A program made the position numbers and the translations under genes. From positions 32,001 through 96,000 of the forward strand of contig JAVYWL010000002.1 in NCBI GenBank assembly GCA_038727135.1: a DNA stretch of 64,000 nt, written 5' to 3'. Below the pieces are notes generated by a model, which searched no databases, had not been told where the DNA came from, and worked only from the letters and a program-made list of their open reading frames with translations. The stretch comes from Candidatus Bathyarchaeia archaeon (GTDB lineage Archaea; Thermoproteota; Bathyarchaeia; Bathyarchaeales; Bathycorpusculaceae). Positions 48,881 to 58,413 of the stretch are shown piece after piece. The stretch's first letter is position 1; each line of letters starts with the position of its first letter.

Positions 48881-49054
48881 TTAAGACCGTCGCTTTTCTA
48901 TTATTAGCCTCTCACCGTCAATCTTTACAGTCACATCCTCTCCAACTTTGAACGGAAAACTGGTGTCCGACGAAACCTCCTTGGGAATGTATATAAAGAT
49001 TTTCCTATACTTCTTGCCTCTATCTACAACTTTGCCTTTTCCTTCACCAGTCAT
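48881..49054 (-). CDS. AbrB/SpoVT-like small DNA-binding protein (57 aa, below the ORF-track cutoff)
   Basis: Manual translation: MTGEGKGKVVDRGKKYRKIFIYIPKEVSSDTSFPFKVGEDVTVKIDGERLIIEKRRS*. Confidence 0.75.
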   Translation of the reverse strand: MTGEGKGKVVDRGKKYRKIFIYIPKEVSSDTSFPFKVGEDVTVKIDGERLIIEKRRS

Positions 49055-49116
49055 AGGCGCCCTATGCGCCCCGATATTGCTCAGAATTTATTCTGAAATT
49101 ATTGACTATAAAAGTT

Positions 49117-49923
49117 TTAAGATGCTTTAACCATGAATTCGCAGTACTGGTCGCCCTTGGCAATGCATTTTGTCTCTTTGACCTTAACATCCTTTCCAAA
49201 GAAGCGGGTGAATATTCCGGCCACAGCGCCTCTATAAAATTGGCTGTATGGCTTTCCTTTCCCAACACCCAGTTCGCATTCGAAGTTTTGGTAAACTCGA
49301 AGTTGCGCGGATTTCTTTTGCACATCTATGGCTACATGATCTATTATTCCCCAGCCCAAAGTCATGTTTATGGCTTTAGCCACTTCAACTAAATCTTCCA
49401 TCTCGTCTGATTTTGCAATCTCACGGTATGTGTCATAAATTTCAAAGCCTATGCTAAAGCCTTGATAATAAAGCATTGCCTCCCCAGCTGAGCCGAATTT
49501 TTCTCTAACTCCGTTGAAAAGTGCTTCGTAAACGGATTTCCTGAAGATGACGGCTCTCTCGTTTGCTGCAACTAATGGGAAGAAGTGGTTGTCGAAAACT
49601 ATGCTTTCGCCATGCGGTTTTATTATCTTTGCGTTTTTAACGAAATTGTAGCTGTTGAGGATTATATCTAGGGCCTCTTCTGGCGTGGCTCTTGCCCTTG
49701 AAAAGTCTAGGAAGGCAATTGCGTTAACTGTAGGTTTGTGGGCTTCATTCATGGAAAATTGAATGAAGCGCACTGTTATGTCTAAGCTTTCAGCTATCTC
49801 GGCTAGTTTCCTTAGGTTTCCCCTCTCAACTTTCGCCTCTATTGCAAGTCCATATATTTTCTGGTCTCTGTCAAAAATCATGACCCTTCCGACGTCTAGG
49901 GGTTTAAAAGTGTTTTTAGACAT
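49117..49923 (-). CDS. V4R domain protein with ACT-like N-terminus
   Basis: GWG, FEC, RG..AG.F and ETKCIAKGDQYCEF motifs. Confidence 0.85.
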   Translation of the reverse strand: MSKNTFKPLDVGRVMIFDRDQKIYGLAIEAKVERGNLRKLAEIAESLDITVRFIQFSMNEAHKPTVNAIAFLDFSRARATPEEALDIILNSYNFVKNAKIIKPHGESIVFDNHFFPLVAANERAVIFRKSVYEALFNGVREKFGSAGEAMLYYQGFSIGFEIYDTYREIAKSDEMEDLVEVAKAINMTLGWGIIDHVAIDVQKKSAQLRVYQNFECELGVGKGKPYSQFYRGAVAGIFTRFFGKDVKVKETKCIAKGDQYCEFMVKAS

Positions 49924-50121
49924 TTCGTCGCACCCTCAAATTTTGGTAGGTGCACGAAATTACTACCATTAGTAGTCACTAGCTATGACCACAAAAACAG
50001 ATATATAATTTGCGCACTGGAAATCCATAGCCTAAAGCAAACCAGAAGAAGAACAGTGAGTCAGCAGTTATAAACAAGAAAAGCGCATGGAAATAAATCT
50101 AAAAAGCGTGGGGATAAAAGC

Positions 50122-50916
50122 TTGAGCAAACCAGAAGTTGGAGTTTCAACCCTCCACCTGCTGAGCAAACCCTTCAACAAGATGTTCGAAAAGATCGCAA
50201 AAATAAACGCCAGCCACATAGAAATCGTGGACGACGGTCTTCACGCATTGGACAAGCGAAGAGTTACGAGGCTTAAGGATGTAGGAAAATCCTACAACAT
50301 AAAATTTTCAGTTCATGCACCCTTCGCCGACATAAACATAGCCTCACCATCACACAACATTTTAAAAGCCATGCTTAAACGACTAAAAAACTCCATAAAG
50401 CTGGCAAGCCAATTGGAGGCCTATGTTTGGGTTTTCCATCCAGGATTAAAAACAGGCGTGAGCATGTTTTATCCCGGCGAAGACTGGAAACAGAACCGAA
50501 AAACTGCACAGTTCCTCTACAAAATCGCCACAGATTATGGCTTAGAAATAGCCATAGAGAATGTGCCAGAACCATACCCTTTCCTAATGAAAAGCGTTAA
50601 AGACTTTGAGAAGTTTTATAGCGAAATTTCAGAGCCTATAGGCTTAGCCCTTGACATTGGACATTCAAACATCAATGGACAGACAGAGCAGTTCCTAAAA
50701 ACGTTTGCAGAAAAGATTGTGCACATCCACGCCCACGATAATGACGGAAGGGACGACTCGCATTTTGGAATAGGCCATGGAACCGTGGACTGGAGGAGAT
50801 TTGCAAGTTTACTGCGGGAAATATCCTACGACAAGGTTGTGGTTGTGGAGTCTGTTGAGAAAGTTTCGGAAAGCGTCAACTTTTTGAAATCCATGTTTAA
50901 TAAAGTATGGCGGTAA
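50122..50916 (+). CDS. Sugar-phosphate isomerase/epimerase (AP endonuclease 2-type TIM barrel)
   Basis: SVHAPF.DINIAS, FHPG, IEN, LDIGH and HIHAHDN...D.H motifs. Confidence 0.85.
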   Translation: MSKPEVGVSTLHLLSKPFNKMFEKIAKINASHIEIVDDGLHALDKRRVTRLKDVGKSYNIKFSVHAPFADINIASPSHNILKAMLKRLKNSIKLASQLEAYVWVFHPGLKTGVSMFYPGEDWKQNRKTAQFLYKIATDYGLEIAIENVPEPYPFLMKSVKDFEKFYSEISEPIGLALDIGHSNINGQTEQFLKTFAEKIVHIHAHDNDGRDDSHFGIGHGTVDWRRFASLLREISYDKVVVVESVEKVSESVNFLKSMFNKVWR

Positions 50917-50918
50917 AC

Positions 50919-51686
50919 ATGGATACTCCAAAGGCAGAGTATGCGCTTGTTCGTCCTGTGCCAAACTCCTACGACAGATGTATAAGAACCAATCTTGAGA
51001 GGATAGATGTTGGACTTGCTAAAAAGCAGCACATGGAGTACTGCAAAGCCCTAGAAAATCTTGGTTTAAAACTTCTTTGGGCTAAGGGTGACGACACATT
51101 ACCAGACAGCTGCTTCGTGGAGGATACAGCCATTGTTTTTGGCGAGAAAGCGGTTATATGCAACATGAAAATGGATTCTCGAAAAAGGGAGGTTGTCGAA
51201 ATAGCGAAGATGCTGGAAAAAATGAAGAAAGTGCATCACATAGAACCGCCGGCAACAATTGATGGGGGAGACGTCCTCAAAATTGGCAAGGAAGTATTTG
51301 TTGGTCTTACAGCCAGAACTAATTTTTATGCTGTGGAACAGCTGCGGAAAATTTTGGAGAATGATGCGTTTAACATAATTCCTGTCAAAGTGGACGGCGT
51401 CACCCATTTGAAGTCTGTTTGCACATACCTCGGAAACGGTTATGTTGTGCTAGCGGAGGGCTACTTCAATGCGGATGTTTTTAAAGGCTATAGTAAGCTT
51501 GTTGTTCCTTCCTCAGAGCAATATGCGTCAAACTGTCTAGCCGTTAACGGAGTAGTTCTGATGGCGAAGGGTTATCCAAAAACAAGGAGGCTTATAGAAA
51601 GGGAAGGCTTCACCATACAAGAGTTAGAGATGTCGGAGTTTCGGAAAGGGGAAGGCGCCTTAACATGTCTCTCAATACTTTGGTAA
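50919..51686 (+). CDS. Dimethylarginine dimethylaminohydrolase / amidinotransferase family
   Basis: PDSCFVEDTA, IDGGDVL, HLKS and E..K..GALTCLS (catalytic Cys) motifs. Confidence 0.88.
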   Translation: MDTPKAEYALVRPVPNSYDRCIRTNLERIDVGLAKKQHMEYCKALENLGLKLLWAKGDDTLPDSCFVEDTAIVFGEKAVICNMKMDSRKREVVEIAKMLEKMKKVHHIEPPATIDGGDVLKIGKEVFVGLTARTNFYAVEQLRKILENDAFNIIPVKVDGVTHLKSVCTYLGNGYVVLAEGYFNADVFKGYSKLVVPSSEQYASNCLAVNGVVLMAKGYPKTRRLIEREGFTIQELEMSEFRKGEGALTCLSILW

Positions 51687-51689
51687 GTT

Positions 51690-52613
51690 TCAGCTTTTTG
51701 GAAGCGAGATTTCAAGGGTCATAAAGTCTTCCGCTACCTGTGTTTTTTTGAAAATTTTCCTTGCCTGTTTTAAGAGCACTTTTGGGTTTTCATAACGTGC
51801 ACTTATGTGGGTCAGAATCAAAAGTTTGGCTCTAGAATTTTTGGCGTTCTCCGCCGCTTGGCTTGGGGTTGAATGCCCATCCTCGTAGGCTCTTTCAGCT
51901 AGTTCATCATCCAAAGTGGCGTCATGAATTAGCAAATCAGCATCAGCTGCAAAAGCCGCTAAACCCTCAAAGGGCCGCGTATCCCCAGTATAAACAATTT
52001 TTCTCCCAGGTCTCGGTGGACCCATGACGTCTTCTGGTTTAACAATTTTCCCGTTTGGAAGCTTAACTTCATTGCCATGTTGAAGCTTAGACCATAAAGG
52101 TCCTTCTGGAACGCCTAAGGCTCTGGCTTTTTCTGGGTAAAACTTTCCCGGGCGGGGCTTCTCCACAAGGGCGTAGGCTAGGCTTGGTATTACATGATTT
52201 GCCCAAACAGCCTCAACCACGTATTCTTCCTCCTCACATACCTTTCCAGCATTGTGGATTTCGTGGATTTCTATTGGGAATGTTAATCCGAACTGCACCG
52301 TTTCCCTTATGCTTTCCATGAACCTTCTTATTCCGGGCGGTCCATAGATTTCGAGTTTTTTGTCGCGGTCAAGAAGAGCCATTGTCTGTACAAGCCCGGG
52401 CAAGCCCAGCACATGGTCTCCGTGCATATGCGTTATAAACACTTTCATTTTCCTATTGAAACTGGCTCCGGCCATTATCATCTGCCTTTGCACACCCTCG
52501 CCACAGTCGAACAACAGTTGCTCGTCCTTACGCCTTATTAATATGGCTGGCAAACTCCTTTTTGGCGTCGGAACGCTTCCAGCCGTGCCCAAGAAAATAA
52601 CCTTCAAGTTCAT
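51690..52613 (-). CDS. rnz: Ribonuclease Z
   Basis: FLGT...P, DCGEG, THMHGDH, GP exosite, GDT, HST and THISARY motifs. Confidence 0.95.
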   Translation of the reverse strand: MNLKVIFLGTAGSVPTPKRSLPAILIRRKDEQLLFDCGEGVQRQMIMAGASFNRKMKVFITHMHGDHVLGLPGLVQTMALLDRDKKLEIYGPPGIRRFMESIRETVQFGLTFPIEIHEIHNAGKVCEEEEYVVEAVWANHVIPSLAYALVEKPRPGKFYPEKARALGVPEGPLWSKLQHGNEVKLPNGKIVKPEDVMGPPRPGRKIVYTGDTRPFEGLAAFAADADLLIHDATLDDELAERAYEDGHSTPSQAAENAKNSRAKLLILTHISARYENPKVLLKQARKIFKKTQVAEDFMTLEISLPKS

Positions 52614-52724
52614 GGTGGCACTTTCACCTTTTAGATATACTGCTTTTCTTGTTAGGCTTTATGTCTATGGGCCCACAAGTCTTAAAGGTTTAGATGGACA
52701 TTTATATATGGGAAATGAGGGCTC

Positions 52725-53191
52725 ATGGTAAAGGTTCTTGTCGTTTTTGAGTCGCGTTATGGCAACACCAAGCGCGTAGCAGAATCCATAATTGAGGGAA
52801 TAAACGAGGTCGGTGGGGTGGAGTTTTCCTTTAAAGAACTGAGAAGGTGGACTTTAAGGAAATTCCTTCTTATGACGCAATGTTGATTGGCTCCCCAAAC
52901 CATATGGGTGGCCCTACAAGGGGCATTAAGGGCTTCATCGACAAGCTTAGCAAGTTGCAGTTGGATGGAAAGAAATTTGCTGTTTTCGACACGTATATGG
53001 GAAGGGACTTTGAGAAAGCTGTAAAGAAAATGGAGAAAAGGATAAGCGAAAAGGCTCCAAGTTTAAAGCGAATTGCAGCTGGCTTATCAATAAAAGTTCA
53101 AGGGGTAAAGGGACCTATCGCGGAAGACGAACTTCCAAAATGCAAAGAGTTTGGGAAAAACATAGCCATCCAACTTAAAAGGGGAAAGTAG
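52725..53191 (+). pseudogene. Flavodoxin, frameshifted (single-base deletion)
   Basis: ATG 52725 gives MVKVLVVFESRYGNTKRVAE (FMN loop). The protein continues in another frame after about 52840 as EKVDFKEIPSYDAMLIGSPNHMG...FAVFDTY. Confidence 0.8.
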
Positions 53192-53194
53192 AAA

Positions 53195-53584
53195 ATGACG
53201 GTTTCTGTTAAAAGGAGCAAGATGGTGGTTTTTGTCGTTTTTCTCTGGATAATTCAATCTGTTGGCAGGCTTTGCTTTGCGGTGGTTGGCACACCCGGAG
53301 GCATGGGACAATTTTTAGACACTCCGATTTCAAACGAGGTATCCGTCATCCTCTTTATGATGTTTATGTTTCTAGGTGTTTTAGGACTTGTTGCTGCTTT
53401 CGGCTTGTTGGCTGGGCGAAGATGGGGCTTTTGGAGTACAGTGTTGGCTAGTGTTGCGACCATAGCCTTTGACATTTGGGGTTTAACAATACAGTTGACA
53501 GCTGCCATCGGCTTAATTGTACCAATAATATCTATGGGAATTCTCTACTTTAAGAAAGGGCAGGTGCTTGCCACATCAAAATGA
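53195..53584 (+). CDS. Hypothetical membrane protein (4 TM)
   Basis: Four hydrophobic segments; GL..GRRWG. Confidence 0.75.
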   Translation: MTVSVKRSKMVVFVVFLWIIQSVGRLCFAVVGTPGGMGQFLDTPISNEVSVILFMMFMFLGVLGLVAAFGLLAGRRWGFWSTVLASVATIAFDIWGLTIQLTAAIGLIVPIISMGILYFKKGQVLATSK

Positions 53585-53602
53585 AAGAAGTTATAAGCGC
53601 TT

Positions 53603-54640
53603 TCAGACTTTCTCAAAGACTGCAATTTCGCGGGTTAAACTTCTGTGCACGTAAACCATGTGGGATTCCACGTGGCGATAGCCCAATGCCTTGCCTATCT
53701 GGCCTATGCCAACCGTTTTTGGCGCTGCCATACATATATGCCCATCTCTGCCAAGCATATCGTAAACAGCCTCTAAACAGTCTTCGATTATCTGTTTTGT
53801 TGTCCGCTTGAGGGTTGTGGCGCTTTTTCCGTAAGGTGGATCTGCAACAACGCGGTCAACCTTTTGAACCGGCGGGTTTTTTGCGTCTGCAACTATGAGC
53901 CCTTCTGGTTCAATACCAAAATATGTGAAGTTTTTTCTGCTTCCTTTTATCATGCGTCTTTGGATGTCCACGCCTAAAATGCGGCAGCCTATTAGGGCTG
54001 CTTCTATTAATATGCTTCCGGTTCCGCAGAAAGGGTCAAACACCAAGTCTCCAGCCTTTGGTTTGGCTAGGTTTACCATGCACCTTGCAAGTTTTGGCGG
54101 CATTGCTGACGGGTGAAAGAAGGGTTTTTTCTTTGGGCGTCTCTCCATAAAGGGTTTTGGCGGCATATCTACCAGCTTCAAGCCAAAAATAAGCTTGTCG
54201 TCCGTTAGAATTCCTGTGAAGGTTTTTTGCGGGTTTTGAAGGTTTACTCGCACATTTTCCGCTTGGTTTAGGATTATTTCGCCTAGTTTGCGCTCCAAAG
54301 CCATTCCATCAACTTCTCTTGCGTGGCTTTTTACATGCCTTATGCGGACAGCAAAGCTTTCGCCGCTTTCTAGGAACTCGCCAATGTTGGTTGAGCGCAG
54401 AGCTTTAACAGCCTCGCTTGGCTCAGCCTTACAAGTGAAAATTTCATATCCGCAAAGCCTCGTTAGGGCTGCGCGCCTTTTTATGGCTTCGACGCATTTT
54501 ATGTCTGCTTCGATTCTCAAAACTTGGTCCAGTTTTTCTAAAACTTTGTAGTTGTAACCTTCAGCCTCAAGGATGGCTTTTAACTCTGCTGCGGGAAGTG
54601 TTTCGTGCTCGCCTGATAGTAGGAAGAAGAGCCTAGCCAC
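53603..54640 (-). CDS. tRNA (guanine10-N2)-methyltransferase, THUMP domain (Trm11/TrmG10)
   Basis: LSGEH..LP.AE, RP..KPFF.P, DPFCGTG and DPPYG motifs; GTG start at 54640. Confidence 0.88.
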   Translation of the reverse strand: MARLFFLLSGEHETLPAAELKAILEAEGYNYKVLEKLDQVLRIEADIKCVEAIKRRAALTRLCGYEIFTCKAEPSEAVKALRSTNIGEFLESGESFAVRIRHVKSHAREVDGMALERKLGEIILNQAENVRVNLQNPQKTFTGILTDDKLIFGLKLVDMPPKPFMERRPKKKPFFHPSAMPPKLARCMVNLAKPKAGDLVFDPFCGTGSILIEAALIGCRILGVDIQRRMIKGSRKNFTYFGIEPEGLIVADAKNPPVQKVDRVVADPPYGKSATTLKRTTKQIIEDCLEAVYDMLGRDGHICMAAPKTVGIGQIGKALGYRHVESHMVYVHRSLTREIAVFEKV

Positions 54641-55517
54641 TTTGAAGCTCCCGCAGTGTCTGGGCAATCAGCGGGGCTAGGGAAACTTTGCTTACTGGGC
54701 TGGGGACGCTGTCGGTTCCAATAATTTCTTCTACTCTAGCTTCTTTGATGCGCTTTTCAGCATCGCCTACCAGAAGCGGGTGCACGCATGCGGCGTAAAC
54801 TTTGGCTGCTCCAAGCTCTTTTAGTATGTTTGCGGCTGCAACTATTGTTCCGCCAGTGCTAATAATGTCGTCGAAAATTATGACAGTTTTACCTTTAACA
54901 GCAAACTCCCTCTTCTCAACCGTCACACGTCCAGTGTAACGGTCTCTCTGCTTTTCCAAATAGCCAAAGTCTCCGCCTAGAACTTTTGAGGCTTCTTCAG
55001 CTATCCCTATTGCGCCTTTGTCTGGAGCAAGCGCAAAAGCTTCTTTGAAGTCTCTCTGCCTAAAGTGTTCGGCTAAAAGCGGGATGGCTGAGATACTTTT
55101 TGCTTGGAATGGAAACCTGTCTAAAACGTTTTTCTGGTGAACGTTAACTGTCAGTAGCATGTCGATGCCAGCAGCCTTAAGCATTTTTGCTATGGCTTCT
55201 ATGCTTACAGCCTCGCCTTTTAGGAAGACCTTGTCTTGGCGGGCATAAGCCAAGTATGGAACAACAGCCACAACCTTTCTTGCATTGTTTCTTTTGGCGG
55301 CGTCAGCAATTAAGGCCAGCTGTATTAGGTGTGTGTCCTGCGGGGGGCTTGTTGTCTGCACTATTACAGCGGTTTCGCCTTCAACTGCTCCTTCAAGCCT
55401 CACATAGGATTCGCCGTCTGGAAAAGCCTTGAAAAAGACAGGGGTTGGCTCTAAGCCTAAAAGGTTGGCTATTTTTTCGCCTAGCTCTTTTGAGGCTGGT
55501 CCCGGAAGGATTTTCAT
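54633..55517 (-). CDS. prs: Ribose-phosphate pyrophosphokinase
   Basis: FPDGE, PYLAYARQD, APDKGA and DDIISTGGT motifs. Confidence 0.95.
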   Translation of the reverse strand: MKILPGPASKELGEKIANLLGLEPTPVFFKAFPDGESYVRLEGAVEGETAVIVQTTSPPQDTHLIQLALIADAAKRNNARKVVAVVPYLAYARQDKVFLKGEAVSIEAIAKMLKAAGIDMLLTVNVHQKNVLDRFPFQAKSISAIPLLAEHFRQRDFKEAFALAPDKGAIGIAEEASKVLGGDFGYLEKQRDRYTGRVTVEKREFAVKGKTVIIFDDIISTGGTIVAAANILKELGAAKVYAACVHPLLVGDAEKRIKEARVEEIIGTDSVPSPVSKVSLAPLIAQTLRELQSG

Positions 55518-55552
55518 TTAACCGCCGTTCTCTTAATGGAAGCGCCTTTCTT

Positions 55553-56830
55553 TTAGATTTTTCCAGTAGCCCTATACTGTTCTATGAGTTCTTTGGCTCT
55601 GTCCATGCGGATTTTGCGCTCTTCCACCATCTTTTCAGCAACCAAGTCTATGAGTTCGCCGGTGGCGCCGGCGGCGATGGCAATGTTTCTAGCGTGAAGC
55701 GACATGTGACCGCGCTGTATGCCCTCGTGGGCTAGCGCCCTCAAAGCGCCTAGGTTTTGGGCTAAGCCAACAGCCGCCAAAACTTCGGCAAACTCATTAG
55801 CTGTTTTCACACCTAGGATTTTTAGGCAGATTTTGGCGATAGGATGGGTTCGCACAGCCCCGCCTATTAGGCCTACGGCCATAGGCAGTTCTATTGAGCC
55901 TACCAGGTCGCCGTTTTCGTTTTTCTCCCATGTTGAAAGCGTTGTGTAGTGGCCGCTTCTGGCAGCATAAGCGTGGGCTCCGGCTTCTACGGCTCGGTGG
56001 TCGTTGCATGTGGCGATTACGACTGCTATTATGCCGTTCATTATTCCCTTGTTGTGTGTAGCAGCCCTGTAGGGGTCGGCGGCGGCAAAAGCCCAAGCAT
56101 TCACAATGCCATCTACGACTTCTTCTCCGCCAACAGCCTCCTTCGGCACGACGCACCATGCCCTTGCTAGGCGTTTAACAGCCAAATTTGAGATTATCCG
56201 CAGGTAAACGCGTCCGCCTGTTATCCGCTCTATTAGTGGGGCTACAGCCTCGCACATGGTGTTTACGGCGTTGGCGCCCATAGCGTCGCGGCAGTCCACA
56301 TGCAACTCGGTGATAACCATTGGGCCCTGAACTGTTTGGATGACTTTTGCGTCTAGGTCTTTTGCTCCGCCGCCCACAGAAACAAGCACCGGGTCTTGGT
56401 CGTTAGCCTTCTTTAGGATTTCCTCTTTAGCCTGCAATACGCGTAGCCTAGCCGCATAAGGGTCTTTAATGCCAACAGCCTGCACTTGCCCAATCATTAT
56501 TGGCGGAGTGCTGCTCGTGTGGAAGCCCCCGCCATCCCTAACCATTTTAGCAGCATAACTAGCCGCAGCCACCACGGATGGCTCTTCAATAGCCATGGGA
56601 ATCAAATAGTCTTTGCCGTTTATGAGGAAGTTTACGGCAATGCCCAAAGGCACCGGAATAGCCCCAACAACATTTTCAATCATGCGGTCAGCCAAGTCAA
56701 GGGGCAGACTGCCAGTATTCTGCAATAGGGCGCATTCTTCATCGGTTAAGCCGGCAAACTCCTTAACAAAGGCTAAACGCTCTTCAGGACTAAGCTTATA
56801 AAAACCCGAAAACAACGAAGATTTACTCAT
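55553..56830 (-). CDS. Class II (degradative-type) HMG-CoA reductase
   Basis: MIENV, EEPSVVAA, DAMGAN, RIISNL, THNKGIMNG and GIQRGHM.LHA motifs. Confidence 0.93.
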   Translation of the reverse strand: MSKSSLFSGFYKLSPEERLAFVKEFAGLTDEECALLQNTGSLPLDLADRMIENVVGAIPVPLGIAVNFLINGKDYLIPMAIEEPSVVAAASYAAKMVRDGGGFHTSSTPPIMIGQVQAVGIKDPYAARLRVLQAKEEILKKANDQDPVLVSVGGGAKDLDAKVIQTVQGPMVITELHVDCRDAMGANAVNTMCEAVAPLIERITGGRVYLRIISNLAVKRLARAWCVVPKEAVGGEEVVDGIVNAWAFAAADPYRAATHNKGIMNGIIAVVIATCNDHRAVEAGAHAYAARSGHYTTLSTWEKNENGDLVGSIELPMAVGLIGGAVRTHPIAKICLKILGVKTANEFAEVLAAVGLAQNLGALRALAHEGIQRGHMSLHARNIAIAAGATGELIDLVAEKMVEERKIRMDRAKELIEQYRATGKI

Positions 56831-57004
56831 TCTTGCTATCACCCAACATTTTTATTTAAACTGAGTAATAGCAATAACTGACTGCACATTTAAACTTTAG
56901 CGGAATACCGGTTTTCTCATCGATGCTTGTAGGATAGACATGCTAAGAATTAAGAAGAAAATATAACTATGGTATCGAATAAAACGCAAAGAAAAAAGGG
57001 AAGT

Positions 57005-57568
57005 TTAACTTTCGACTGTTATCTTCAACGTCATTACAATAGAATCGCTGATTGTAGCATTACTGAACCATAGAATATCCCATTGCACACGCCACGAGCT
57101 ATTGTTACTAGCAAGACTTTGGAAATCGGTTGATGAACGCGTCCCACCATCATCGCCATGAGGGTCTAATCGCAAAAAGTCTACAACGTTACCATCGTTG
57201 TATATGGTTATATTTATGTAGTCTAACGTTGTGCCGGCGTTTCCATCGTAGCTGGTGCTCTGAATCTCCAATTTTATGTTATGCTGAGACGTGCCGTTGT
57301 TGCATATTCTAACCGAATCGCTGTATGTTACTAACTGGCCTGGTAACCCTTTCATACCTGTGAAAGTTACTGTTTGACGATCGCTACTTATAGCTCCCCC
57401 CGCTTTTGTAGTGTCAGCTCCCGCATAGAAATTAACGTCAAAACCCTTAACCCCTACGGTTGCAGTTATTTGCATGTAGTTGTAGATAGCTGCACTTGCA
57501 GTTCCGATGAGTAATGCTGACACTAACAGCGCTGCAAACTTCAATATTTTTTTGTAGTTTGTTTTCAT
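57005..57568 (-). CDS. Secreted/surface protein with signal peptide
   Basis: Basic N-region, hydrophobic stretch and ASA-type cleavage site; beta-rich, Ser/Thr/Asn-rich mature part with several NxS/T sequons. Confidence 0.75.
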   Translation of the reverse strand: MKTNYKKILKFAALLVSALLIGTASAAIYNYMQITATVGVKGFDVNFYAGADTTKAGGAISSDRQTVTFTGMKGLPGQLVTYSDSVRICNNGTSQHNIKLEIQSTSYDGNAGTTLDYINITIYNDGNVVDFLRLDPHGDDGGTRSSTDFQSLASNNSSWRVQWDILWFSNATISDSIVMTLKITVES

Positions 57569-58271
57569 TTTGTTGTTTCACCTCCTTTTCTTTTTTCCTT
57601 TCTTTTAGGGTTTCTATCCATATTTTTATGAGGACGTAGGCGCTGACGGCTAGGACTATGGCGCAGGCTATTGCTAGGGCAGTAGCCGAAGCTATGAAGG
57701 CTGCCTCTCCCCACGTTGGTTTGTAGGCGGCGTAGGCGGCTGCTGCGGCGATTGTTGTGCCTGCGCCTATGGCTATGTACCACCATCGGGGCTTGAAGAA
57801 TATGTATGTACCCAACCCCACTACAAGTGTGTCGAAGGCTACTATGCCCACGAAGGCGGCTTCCCAACCCATCTGAGGAAGCAAAATAATCGGATGCGAG
57901 GCGATTTCAGCATAGTTAGATAGGAAGAAAACCGCCAGTGTTAAGGCTGGAATGGTTACTGCTGCCATGAAAACTTTGGCGTGGCTTACGAGCCTTTTAA
58001 CAATGCCTAGGTAGACGTTTACGGCTATTATGTTGGCTAAAGCCACAATTAAGTATAGGAGGCTGTACCAGAAACGCATGTACTCGCCAAACGTTAGCAT
58101 GAACTCTCTGCTTACGATTAGGTGGCCGAAGCCAGCCAGCGCTGCCAACTGGTAGATGTAGGGTAGCTGCCCTGGAAAGTGCCGGTCCAAGAGGCATGTT
58201 AGGAGGCTCATGGCTAGGAATAGGTCTATGCCTACCAATGAGAAGAACTCTGGCTGTAGTGGGGAGGGCAT
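57447..58271 (-). CDS. Multi-pass membrane protein (about 7-8 TM); C-terminus uncertain
   Basis: Strongly hydrophobic ORF. The 122-nt overlap with the next gene disappears if one A is added to the A6 run near 57595, giving ...RKKRKGGETTK* at 57565 with an ATGA overlap. Confidence 0.72.
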   Translation of the reverse strand: MPSPLQPEFFSLVGIDLFLAMSLLTCLLDRHFPGQLPYIYQLAALAGFGHLIVSREFMLTFGEYMRFWYSLLYLIVALANIIAVNVYLGIVKRLVSHAKVFMAAVTIPALTLAVFFLSNYAEIASHPIILLPQMGWEAAFVGIVAFDTLVVGLGTYIFFKPRWWYIAIGAGTTIAAAAAYAAYKPTWGEAAFIASATALAIACAIVLAVSAYVLIKIWIETLKERKKEKEVKQQNENKLQKNIEVCSAVSVSITHRNCKCSYLQLHANNCNRRG

Positions 58272-58315
58272 GCTTTTTCGCCCGAAGGTCTTTGTTTCTT
58301 CTTATTTAAGACATG

Positions 58316-58342
58316 TGAATTCGGAATTCGAATCCGAATTCA
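58316..58342. promoter_or_regulatory. Inverted repeat, probable operator
   Basis: TGAATTCGGA-N7-TCCGAATTCA immediately upstream of a minus-strand TATA-like element (58301-58310). Confidence 0.55.
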
Positions 58343-58375
58343 AGAGTATAATTATGTGGCGAGAAAGATAAATCT

Positions 58376-58398
58376 TGTGTAGTAATACTTACTACACA
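58376..58398. other. Inverted repeat (terminator or operator)
   Basis: TGTGTAGTAA-TAC-TTACTACACA, 15 nt past the stop codon of the MBL gene. Confidence 0.45.
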
Positions 58399-58413
58399 CA
58401 TATAACAAGCCTA

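Noticed and set aside
52828-52846. Programmed -1 frameshift at TTTAAAG in the flavodoxin gene
   Set aside because: The heptamer is not in the X XXY YYZ phase, and the -1 frame has a TAA at 52832.
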